The translations under genes and the position numbers were made by a program. A stretch of DNA of 58,985 nucleotides, the filler included, from Sanchytrium tribonematis (Eukaryota), in NCBI GenBank assembly GCA_018985235.1. It is 5 parts of 5 records of this genome, joined end to end, with 100 filler letters (N's around TTAATTAATTAA, not from the genome) between each part and the next. Parts side by side here need not be neighbours in the genome. Positions count along the whole stretch, not along the records: positions 23,667 to 35,388 come from JADGIG010000251.1; positions 35,489 to 47,188 come from JADGIG010000252.1; 3 more parts are not named here. The stretch is one strand, 5' to 3'. Under the pieces are notes generated by a model that was not told the DNA's origin, ran no database searches, and worked only from the letters and a program-made list of their open reading frames with translations. Shown piece after piece: positions 34,547 through 44,288 of this stretch. Each line of letters begins with the position of its first letter. Positions within the stretch are counted from its first letter, which is position 1.

Positions 34547-35194
34547 ATGATTTACTTGACACTAATAATTGCATTACCTTTTTGGGGACTGATTCGACCA
34601 GCAGATCCTTTGGCGAGTTATTCTGATACTCAGTTGATCCAAAAATATTATGATATTAAAAGCAGACAAATACAAGTTGAAATATTAAAATTGATTCAGC
34701 AAGATCCTAATGAGATACTCGCAAAAAATAACAAAATATTGCAATACGGCAAACTTTTTTCAAAAAATGAGATTCAAAGAACGAAGGATTTAAATGACTT
34801 GAAAATCACTGATGAAATGAAAGAAGTTATCAAAAAAAAAATTTTAAACATCCTAGAAAACGATGAGAGAAACAGAGTCATTTTAGAAAAAGGAAAATTT
34901 GGCGCTTTAGGAAAAAAGTTTGATTCATATATATTTAGTTTGAAGAATTCCCTACATTTACAGACCCTAAGGCAGCAACCATTTAAAGAGCATCTGCAAG
35001 ATGCAATTCGAGCTGCCGAATCTGACACTCAAGTAACTAGAAGCGACAGTACCAAACAAAGTAATCAAGCTGAAGTACTTGCAGAACAGCCTGTACTTGC
35101 AGAACAGCCTGGGAGTTTTACAACTAAGCCAACCGGATTGGAATACAAACTCCCTGCTGAAACTTTTCCAAGAGGGCGAGCAATTCCCGTTTAA
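34547..35194 (+). CDS. Putative secreted protein, family member 5
   Basis: MIYLTLIIA N-terminus (ATG 34547); AATAAA overlaps the stop. Confidence 0.75.
   Translation: MIYLTLIIALPFWGLIRPADPLASYSDTQLIQKYYDIKSRQIQVEILKLIQQDPNEILAKNNKILQYGKLFSKNEIQRTKDLNDLKITDEMKEVIKKKILNILENDERNRVILEKGKFGALGKKFDSYIFSLKNSLHLQTLRQQPFKEHLQDAIRAAESDTQVTRSDSTKQSNQAEVLAEQPVLAEQPGSFTTKPTGLEYKLPAETFPRGRAIPV
35075..35110 (+). repeat. Perfect 18-bp tandem duplication (VLAEQP x2)
   Basis: gtacttgcagaacagcct twice. Confidence 0.95.
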
Positions 35195-35388
35195 TAAATT
35201 TATCATCTTAATTCAAAACACTGTCTCAAATTAGTTCAAATGGAAGATTGGAATATCTCAGATCTTAAATATGCCATTTACATCATCAATACAAGCATGA
35301 TATCATTAGGACTATTAAATATGTTCCAATATTCATGTTTTAGAGCATTAAATATCATTTCAAGTTTATTTTTAATATCTGTGGGTAT

Positions 35389-35488
35389 NNNNNNNNNNNN
35401 NNNNNNNNNNNNNNNNNNNNNNNNNNNNNNNNTTAATTAATTAANNNNNNNNNNNNNNNNNNNNNNNNNNNNNNNNNNNNNNNNNNNN
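35389..35488. other. Artificial contig linker
   Basis: N44-TTAATTAATTAA-N44. Confidence 0.98.
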
Positions 35489-36541
35489 TTTGTTCTCAAT
35501 TTTCCAGAAATCATGTACAATAGTACCCCAGAAAAGAAAGGATATACCAAACTGAAAGAATATGAGCCCCCGAACATGTAATTGTGTATGGTTAAGAACC
35601 CAAACCAAGAAAATAGTTGAAAATAAAGTAAGCACCAATGAATCCTACAATATCGAATTATTATAAAAAATGTAATATTCAGTGCCCACTCGATAGATAG
35701 TGACCAGCCTTAGTAAATTTTAAATACTTGGTGCATTGCAAACAAATCTATAATTGAACCATCCATTTCTGACAGGATTATCATAATATCTCCACATGTG
35801 AGTCAGGCTTAAACAGCGATATAAAACATCCGAATGAAGCAATCTTGTATTGACTGGGTCAAACACATTTATATAATAAAAACTAATTGCTGCATAAATC
35901 AATGCGGTGAACCAATGCAATGGATAAAATCTCGAAATTCGACTCGCCATCAAATTCCATAAATTGCTACTTCTTGTAGAATTCCAATACACTTTCGCTA
36001 AAATAAACCCGCTAAGCACTACAAATACTTCCACCATACAATGTCCAAATCTAGACATGTCAAAAATGAAAGATTTTTCTTGCTTAATTGTTGTCCAATA
36101 ATCTTCGGAAACGATGTTAGAATTAATAATATGGTAAAATACCACAATAACACAGGCAATTCCTCGTAGTGAATCCAGATGATGACTCCTTCCAGATGTC
36201 GTCGGTACATTTTCCAACAAGTACAAAGTTAATTTGGTATTTGGTATTTTAGAGAAAGTTGCGTCTATTTTCCCCAGTAAAGTATGTATACAGTTTTTCA
36301 ATTTGAACAAGATGTATTCGAGTGATTCTCTTGATTTCAAAAAGTAATAAAAATGTGTCAAAGTATATATAATTCGTAGCCAAATGGGAATTTTCATTAA
36401 TTCGTAACTTGCCAAGTTGACGATTAAAGAAAAGACAAGCCAATAAATGTCCTTATTTTTTGGGCATGATTTTTGCTTTGATTCATGACTATCAAACTTT
36501 TCATCTATATTTTTGTTTAATGGTAAATATGGAGTGTCCAT
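35489..36541 (-). CDS. Acyltransferase-3 (OafA-like) membrane protein, 3'-truncated by contig end, 2 exons
   Basis: HLDSLRGIAC, VEVFVVLSGFIL, RISRFYPLH; spliced junction gives NAPSWSLSIEW. Confidence 0.88.
35709..35727 (-). other. 19-nt spliceosomal intron
   Basis: gtatttaaaatttactaag; restores the WSLSxE motif. Confidence 0.85.
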
Positions 36542-36616
36542 AAATTTATTTGAAACAAAAGGAAAAGTTTAGGAATGAGGCAAATTTTATTTACAAATGG
36601 TTATGATCAAGGATAC

Positions 36617-37886
36617 TTATATATGCTTGCATTTAAATTTAAAATCAAACCAGCCTGCTTTGGCACCTAAAGCCTCCACGGGAGAAGGAATTCCTCCTTT
36701 TTTCCAACACTCGCCTTGTACATAAGTCCAGCTTACGCATTTTGAATCCTGATAACAATCAGTTACACATTTCTCAAATGTTGTCTTGAAGTGATCATAG
36801 TCACTACCCTTAAGATCAAATCCATTTTTAAATTCTATTTCTATATTTTTCTCTTCTACAATTATGATAGTCTTATCGTTGAACGAAAATGATTTCTGAA
36901 ATAAACCATCTTTTTTGGCTAAAGACTCAAATATGTCTCCTAAAGTAGTCAGTGTATCGAGGCCTCTTTCTCTTTTAATTCGTTGCTCCATCTCAAATAA
37001 AATTTGGACTTGGTTAGGAAAAAGGTGGTGAAACCTAAATAAGAAAAACATACGTGAATGGTCTTTCACAGGGATTGTGGTAGTTGTGTTTATGTGGAGG
37101 ATGTCCATGGAATGAACCTTTAGAAGCGTCCCCGTCTATTAAAATACCTTGATCTCTTAAGCACAGAGATGTTCTAATGTCCCCTGCCCAGCATGTAGAG
37201 TATTTCTCAATACATTTGTCGAGCCCATCAACTAGCTTGCTTAAAGATGTCTTGCTCATAGCAATACCACTACCACCATGCGCAAATGAGGGCCCCTCAC
37301 CAAAAGATTTAACACCATCACAACCCACAAACATATTAGGACTTCCTAAATAATACTTGTAATTTGAATTTAAGGTACTCAGATGGTTTTCTAAATTATT
37401 TATAAACAAGTAGGTGTCATCGTCTATCATAATGTGCCAATCTGTATCTGGAAATTGGTCTTTCATAACCTTGAATCCAGGGAGGTTCTTCCATGCGTCT
37501 AGTTTCCAACCGACAGAAGACTCGTCCGGTTTTTGCTCGTCGGTAACAATACTGTTAGAGTGCCTGCCCTCAGGTAGCGTCTTTCTTTTCTTGTTATCCG
37601 GTAACATATCCTTAACGTGATACTCACCTAGTCCTTCTTCAAAATCGCTTATTATCAATGGGTTTCTATTTCTTAAAAATGTTAGAAGTTGTATTGGTAT
37701 TCTATCATAACTTGTCTCCACTCCGGTCTTCAGGCATATGGCCAATATTGGTTTTGGTTGATCCAACCGATTGGAAACGGAAAAATGTTGAGTCATCTCA
37801 ACTATTCGCGCTTCAGGGATGTATACAATTATATATAAGATCAAGCATGAAAAGAATCTTTTCAGATTCATATCTTTTTTATACAT
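36617..37886 (-). CDS. GT31 Fringe/core-1-like glycosyltransferase with C-terminal PAN/Apple-like module, 2 exons
   Basis: GWKLDAWK, IDDDTY, FAHGGSGI, CWAGD; spliced junction gives RPFTFHH; C-terminal C..DC..DSKCVSWTY..GECW. Confidence 0.85.
37035..37053 (-). other. 19-nt spliceosomal intron
   Basis: gtatgtttttcttatttag; restores TFHH. Confidence 0.85.
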
Positions 37887-38346
37887 GAATATAAATTTGA
37901 AATGTTTCAAATTTTACATTTTTGAAACGCTCTGTGAATTCGAATATGGTCAAACGTTTTGAATAAATTCATACCATTTGACGTCCAATATAAGAGCCGT
38001 ATACTCAATGCTGCTATTTTAGGGGACATGTTAACATAATACATACCGTAGATATGTTTTGTGAAAAGAATTTTTGCCTTGTACTTTTATCATTAAACAA
38101 GGTGTGGGGTTTAGAGTTGTTTGCTCCCTTGAATCACTTAGCGCTTCAAATGGTGATGGAAACGTAGCAGATGCTGAAGATATTAAACGGAAAAAAATAA
38201 ACCGTTGGTCAGAGAAACATAAGTCGCCTTCACCATCATTGCAACCGCATTGTATTCATGTGTGGAAATACCACTCATTGCGTTTATCACAAAGTAAACC
38301 ACTTTTTCATGAAATGTAAGAACTTTCACAGAGCGTATCCTATATT

Positions 38347-39813
38347 TTATTTCTTTTCATGATTTTTAATTAGGCTACAAATTGATCTATAATAGAAAAT
38401 TATGCTTTTACAATTAAAATTGTAGGAAGTACTCAAATCAGATTTCATGTTTGCAAGTTCGCGTATGCATTTCTTAACATCGTTGCAAGGACCAGTTGAA
38501 CTATTTTCAATTCGTTTTTCCCTAAGATGAAATAATTCAAGAAAGAGTTCAACTACTGTGATGGAGTTTTCTGGATTTACAAGGGAATCAACTTTAATAT
38601 TCCATTCCTCATAAAAACTTTGAAAAGCAGATTTCATTGCTGCGCATTGCTTTTTGTCAAAATTTAAATCTATTGGTTCTAACGATGGTACTATCGATAT
38701 AAATGCGTCCTGCAGAACATCTATAATATGCAGCGCCTTTCTAACTGAAAAAAGTCCTTGATATAAAGAGAGCAAATGTGACCGTATGGCCTTCAGTCTT
38801 TGAGACATTGACTCATCAACGTAATATTCATCAAATTCAGACAATTCCGAATTGTTTTCCAATTTTATAGCGTCTCTCTCTGTTATTATTTCAATTATAT
38901 CATTTTTCCAAAGTTGGAATTGCATGAGGTCATGTTTGTACATGTCTAGTTTCGGGTAAATTTCAATTAGATTGGTGGTTTTTGATACCAAATCATCTGG
39001 AAATGTGTAGCAGCTGCTAAAAGATCTTAAACAATTAGCAAAGTTTGATGGTAAGATATGGAGAGACTCTAAGGACGTCGAGCTGCCAATTTCACCAACA
39101 TTTTGCAATCTTCGCGGTATCAAAATATCAGTTACACTAAAATACAATGGCTTCTTATCCAGTGGCAAACAAGGTTTTAAATTGCATAAAAATGAAGTAA
39201 ATAATTGCAATTCTGTCGCTTCTGGACTTTTGTCTGCATAGAGTTGTACCAGTTCATCAACGTTATGATCATTCCAGTCTTTGTCTAAAGGGTTGGCACC
39301 ATAAAGCATCAATAGCCGACAAATATCGTGTTGCATATTGCAAGCAGCAACATGTAAGCTAATTATTCCCTGGCAGTAAACTACATTACCGTCAACCCAC
39401 TCTGTGGTACTTTTTATATTCGGATTTGCACCATAAGTCAAAAGCAAGAGAACTACCTCATAGCAACTCACATAAGAAGCCTGATGTAGTGGTGTCCACC
39501 CGTAAATTTCTTGATGTGAAACATTTGCACCAATTTTTAGTAGATATTCAACAATTTCAACTTGAGAATGAAAAGCAGCCAAATTTAATGCGGAATTGCT
39601 TTCGTGATCGATGCTTTCTATATCAGCTCCAAATTCAATCAGCATTTTCATGGTTTCTAAATTTCCCTTGACTGCACAATTGTGCAACATTGTAAAATTG
39701 TTGAATTTAGATTCTAATAAATCTGGGTTTTTATTCAGCGTCTTTCTTAATTTATCTGCCTGGTTTTTTTCACTTAATTTATGAGCATTTTCTATAATTG
39801 GGTCATTTGTCAT
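38347..39813 (-). CDS. Ankyrin-repeat protein with helical C-terminus
   Basis: TMLHNCA...GADI, SALNLAA, GWTPLHQA, SLHVAA repeats. Confidence 0.9.
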   Translation of the reverse strand: MTNDPIIENAHKLSEKNQADKLRKTLNKNPDLLESKFNNFTMLHNCAVKGNLETMKMLIEFGADIESIDHESNSALNLAAFHSQVEIVEYLLKIGANVSHQEIYGWTPLHQASYVSCYEVVLLLLTYGANPNIKSTTEWVDGNVVYCQGIISLHVAACNMQHDICRLLMLYGANPLDKDWNDHNVDELVQLYADKSPEATELQLFTSFLCNLKPCLPLDKKPLYFSVTDILIPRRLQNVGEIGSSTSLESLHILPSNFANCLRSFSSCYTFPDDLVSKTTNLIEIYPKLDMYKHDLMQFQLWKNDIIEIITERDAIKLENNSELSEFDEYYVDESMSQRLKAIRSHLLSLYQGLFSVRKALHIIDVLQDAFISIVPSLEPIDLNFDKKQCAAMKSAFQSFYEEWNIKVDSLVNPENSITVVELFLELFHLREKRIENSSTGPCNDVKKCIRELANMKSDLSTSYNFNCKSIIFYYRSICSLIKNHEKK

Positions 39814-39892
39814 GAGGAGAAAAAGCGGAGATCGTATAAATCAAATGTGCTATAAATAGAGTTTAAATATAGATTTGGCAAATGAAATTTTA

Positions 39893-40643
39893 TTAATAAT
39901 TAAAGTTGTTGAAAAAGCTGTTTTTAATTGGTATATTTTCCGCATCATAAAGCTTCCGTTTTGCTAATGGGGATGCATTACGGCTAACTGGAGAATGATC
40001 AAATACGCAGCTTCTCTCACCCACCGAGATTGGAGTGAAAAATTCCCTGGGTGTACGGCTATTAATTTGGGAGGTTATTTCAGCAATCCAGGCTTTCCTC
40101 TCTCTTTCACAAATTTGAAGTTGCTTTGTAAAATTTATATCACCCATCAGAAGATACTTTTCCTGATAAGTGTATCCATATACTTGGTGCCAAGCTTTGT
40201 AGCCACCATCCAAAATGTATATATCTGGATAATCAAGATTAGGGTAAATATTTTGTCTCCGATCATACTGTCTCAATAACTGAGCCCTAAATTAAAGAAG
40301 GATACATATCTGGACCTCTTTTCGAAGAGAACTCGCAGTGGAAAATTATTTTTCTTGAATATCTCGTCTGGTCAAACAAAAAAGAGAGCATTTCTTCGGG
40401 ATTATGACAATTTTTAGCGTGTGGGATATGTCCAACCTCATATTCATATGGATATCTACAGTCAAATAGCAGAGTTTCTCCATTTTCAATTTCTTGGCGG
40501 ACTCTATTTACCCAGTCAGCATTAACGCGATGAAATGAGTCTTTATTACTGATTGTCGGCTTCACAGGAGTAACGAATTTCTTGTGTACTACTGGCTTTA
40601 ACAAGTTATTAGAATGTGGTATCGTCTTGGCTTCTAAATTCAT
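39893..40643 (-). CDS. CDC25: Cdc25-type M-phase inducer phosphatase, 2 exons
   Basis: DCRYPYEYEVGHI, HCEFSSKRGP; spliced junction gives RGPDMAQLLRQYDR; YPDIYILDGGY. Confidence 0.92.
40287..40305 (-). other. 19-nt spliceosomal intron
   Basis: gtatccttctttaatttag. Confidence 0.88.
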
Positions 40644-40691
40644 ATCGAAGCTTGAAACAATAAAATCTCCCAACCAAAATCATTACGCCCA

Positions 40692-40955
40692 CTAAAATTT
40701 TATTATGTAACTTTTTGAATTCGTAGCAAATGAGCTTTTAGGATCTAGTGTGTCTGTTTGTTTGCTATAATTTCCAACCAACCTAAAGTCCCTTTCTAAT
40801 AACATTTTTTCAAATAAATCCATTCCGTGTCGCTGTGGTACTCCATCGTTGACCCAGGTGGACAATTTTTTGTTTGCAAACGCTCCAGCAGCCAACACTC
40901 CGGTAATAATACCCAAAGGTAGTAAACTTTGAACTGGAATTCTGAAATTGGACAT
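40692..40955 (-). CDS. NDUFA1: Complex I subunit NDUFA1 (MWFE)-like
   Basis: IPVQSLLPLGII...NDG..QRH..D....MLLERDFRLVG...QTD matches the fungal MWFE pattern; ATG at 40955. Confidence 0.75.
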   Translation of the reverse strand: MSNFRIPVQSLLPLGIITGVLAAGAFANKKLSTWVNDGVPQRHGMDLFEKMLLERDFRLVGNYSKQTDTLDPKSSFATNSKSYIIKF

Positions 40956-41128
40956 ACTGTTTGGAAATAAACTCCTGCTGGCTATAAACAAAAAACAGAT
41001 GCGGCCATTCAATTTTTTATTATTGGTACAAGCAAAATATATGAAATGCTTGCCGAGCAAGACTTCCATGACTTGTCATTGGTGTTTCTTTGCTTTGGCA
41101 AATAAAATTCCCCGAAATCACAAATCAA

Positions 41129-41653
41129 ATGATTGACCCAAGAGCCAATCAAATTTTCATTGTCAATATATTAGCGAAAAATCCCAATTCGATTATGGAA
41201 TCAACAGACTATTATAATCAAATCTATGGATATGTTCCAAATAATTTAGATGGTTATCAAATGAATAACACTGAATATTTTTACCAATATGAGGAGATAC
41301 AAGGCTCGATGTTTTTATTGGAAGAAAACATCGACATTGACCAATTTTATATGCTAGAACTGCTTCAAAAGGAGCTTAATATACCCGATTATTGTGTGAT
41401 TTTGGCAAATTACTACTTCTTAAAGACTTGCAATCTATGCCCTCTAGAATTTGATTTGATGTTGACTTGCCTGATGATCGCATATAAATTTAACACAGAT
41501 TTGCAAGTGAAAAATAGTTCAGTTGAAATGTTTATTGGATACAACACTTTTGCTTTAAATTCTCTAGAGGCTCATGTGCTGCAATTACTAGATTATCGAT
41601 TGAAAATTCCAGAAGACGAGCTGGCGGCATATTCTGGTTTTTACGGATTTTAA
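41129..41653 (+). CDS. Pho80/Pcl-type cyclin-like protein
   Basis: LMIAYKFNTDLQVKN...LNSLEAHVLQLLDYRL cyclin-box pattern; start uncertain. Confidence 0.72.
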   Translation: MIDPRANQIFIVNILAKNPNSIMESTDYYNQIYGYVPNNLDGYQMNNTEYFYQYEEIQGSMFLLEENIDIDQFYMLELLQKELNIPDYCVILANYYFLKTCNLCPLEFDLMLTCLMIAYKFNTDLQVKNSSVEMFIGYNTFALNSLEAHVLQLLDYRLKIPEDELAAYSGFYGF

Positions 41654-41902
41654 ACTAATAAAAATTCTTAATTTGATGTGATGTGATACAGGGAAAGTAT
41701 GACACAGAACAAGGAATTTTTCATTAGTTATTAGGTAATAGCCCTGCACCTATCATGAGAGTTTGCCGTGGTTGGCAAGACTTGGCAAATTCATCTAAAT
41801 CCAATCATCCAATCGGCAAGTTCCTGTGGTGGATAATTAATAACTGTGATTGGATACAATCAAAAGATATTATTTTAATAAGGAAAAATCATCCATTTGA
41901 GT

Positions 41903-42334
41903 ATGATTATAACCCGACCGATTGAGTATTTGATTACTTATCAAAGCAATGAAGTTCAAGTTCTTCCTAAAAAACATCCCTTTGCAAAACGAAGGAAGTC
42001 TGTACCCGTACCTTGTGAGCTTGTCGAACTTTTAAAGTCTCATGTCTCTTCTGACATTTTACCCGATGTTATAAAGCTTGTATATTTGTTCAAAGTACCA
42101 AGACCCACAGTTGAACTTGCAATTCAATATCTTGATTTTTACTCAAAAGTTGAAACTACAGAAAGGGAACGAGTAATGGCTTCTGTATTGATATCTCACA
42201 AAGTGAACCACGATTTGGTTATAAAAAATGCTATGTGGTCAAAATATGCAGAAGTATCCACCAAAAGGCTTACTGAATTGGAGAGACAGCTTCTGCAAAA
42301 ATTACAATTTTCAGTGTACGTAAACGGGATCTAA
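41903..42334 (+). CDS. Pho80/Pcl-type cyclin-like protein
   Basis: LAIQYL...VLISHKVNHDLVIKNAMWSKYA...LERQLLQKLQFSVYV. Confidence 0.78.
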   Translation: MIITRPIEYLITYQSNEVQVLPKKHPFAKRRKSVPVPCELVELLKSHVSSDILPDVIKLVYLFKVPRPTVELAIQYLDFYSKVETTERERVMASVLISHKVNHDLVIKNAMWSKYAEVSTKRLTELERQLLQKLQFSVYVNGI

Positions 42335-42436
42335 AATGAATTTGTTTGTAATGCGTCCAACCTTTGATATTTCGATTTAGTAAATTGGCAATGTCTTTAA
42401 ACATTTCTCCTATTTTTAATTCTAAAACAGTCTCAA

Positions 42437-43883
42437 ATGGAACATACTATTGAAAGTCTGATTGATTTAGTTTATAAAGAGTCTGGAGCTTTAGATCAGG
42501 TGGAGCAAGTTTTGATTCAATGCCCTGAGTTGATTAATCAACTTGACAAATATGGGGAGCTACCACTTCTGGCAGCAGTCGATAAAAACAATATCGAAAT
42601 GTCTAAATTATTACTGAGATTTGGGGCAGATGTCAACAAAAAGACTGGAAAATATAACGGTAGAAGCCCCTTTTTATTGTCAATCTGGAGAGAACATACA
42701 AGTTTAGTGGAGCTAATGTTGGAAAGGGCAGATTTTTCAATCTGTGATGATGGAAATAGCGGTGTTTTCCATCAGGTTTGTTTAGCAGCTGTACCCAATT
42801 CTCAAATATTGGACGTTTTGAAGAAGAAAAATGATTGGGCTCCTTATTTAGGATTGGGAAACAAATGGGGTGTTTCACCACTTCATTATTCAGCGTATAA
42901 GGATCTTGACGTCACAGAAAAATTGATTACCAGTGGTGCCAATGTTAATGCTCAAACAGTTGAAAGAAGTACTATTCGAATAAGTGGTGATGCTCACACG
43001 ATGATTGATCCTGGAATGTAATGTTTTTTAATGTAGGACTCCTTTACATGTCGTAGCTATGAAAGGTGAAATAGAAAACGCTAAACTACTTCTAAGATAT
43101 GGCGCATCGAGCTTGATTAACGATTGGTACGGAAGAAATGCAATCGAAACTGCAAAATTACATCAAAGATCTCAAATGGCAGATGTTCTCTCGCAAAATT
43201 TAGAGTTTGAACAGGCAACTAATGAAATAGTTAAGTATTCCGTGTTGCTAAGCGATAAGGCAAAAATTGATGCAGTACAGGTAAAACATGAACTAATTGC
43301 AATTTGTGATGAGGTGAATGCGGAAAAATACAAGCAGGCAATCAAAGATTTTCCAGATCGCGATACCTACGAATATTCCAGTATATTGAAACTTTTTCAA
43401 AATCTTCGAAAGTACAAGCCGAAAGATCTTTTGGAAATTGAAAAAACATTGAAAAAGCTGAAGAGGGACGCCGCAAATGGCAAATTCAGTCCATCTTTAC
43501 AAAAGGAAATAGAAGGAAAAATCGAGAATGTTAAATTGATTACACAAGAAGACCTTACCTTTCTTGAAAATTCTTGGTATTCAGCAATGGAAAAACAAAA
43601 TGACGCTCATGGCCAGTCAGCTATTGTAGAATTTCAGACACAAATATATGAAATTATAGATCTTTTTGAAAATTTAAATTCGAAAAAGGTTTCCAAGGAA
43701 TTTGTCAAGTTGAATTTAGCTACAGAAATTATTCAGACCGAAATGAATGATGACCTTCAGTGGCGACTGTCAATTATAGAAGCTTTGTATTTTCTATATC
43801 ATGAATTTACATTGAATCGTGTTCAAACTTCCCTAGTTTATGCAGAAACTGATCTTAAGGTTCTGACGGCCCTTCAATCTTAA
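42437..43883 (+). CDS. Ankyrin-repeat protein, 2 exons: 42437-43017, 43037-43883
   Basis: GELPLLAA, GRSPF, GVSPLHYS; spliced junction gives GMTPLHVVA. Confidence 0.88.
43018..43036 (+). other. 19-nt spliceosomal intron
   Basis: gtaatgttttttaatgtag; restores the ankyrin TPLH. Confidence 0.88.
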
Positions 43884-43889
43884 ATAAAT

Positions 43890-44255
43890 TTATTCCTCTA
43901 ATATCAGGATTCGCTTGGTCGACCACAATTTATTATTCTTAAATATTACTACTGGAATTCCATTTTCTGTATTTTGATGATTTTGTGCGATTCTGAATCT
44001 CTTAAAGCTCCTAAAAACACAAGTGGTTGAGGTACCAGGTTGCACAATAAAAGACGACGGAAAGCAGTGTATTTCGTTGCAAACTGTCAAAATGTCAATG
44101 GAATATGGAATGCCTTGATTTTTGCCTTGGAATTCCATTAATAAAACATCCTTGAATTCGCTGTCACTGTCGAATTTTGGCCTCAAGATTTCTGGAAGTT
44201 GCCCTTCTTTCAGACTACCAATTGGAGCAGAATGCAATCTGAAAAAGTCTTCCAT
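43890..44255 (-). CDS. Hypothetical protein
   Basis: About 120-aa ORF filling the gap between two genes. Confidence 0.5.
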   Translation of the reverse strand: MEDFFRLHSAPIGSLKEGQLPEILRPKFDSDSEFKDVLLMEFQGKNQGIPYSIDILTVCNEIHCFPSSFIVQPGTSTTCVFRSFKRFRIAQNHQNTENGIPVVIFKNNKLWSTKRILILEE

Positions 44256-44288
44256 TAGTTTCAAAACAATCTACTATTTTCTTAGGGG

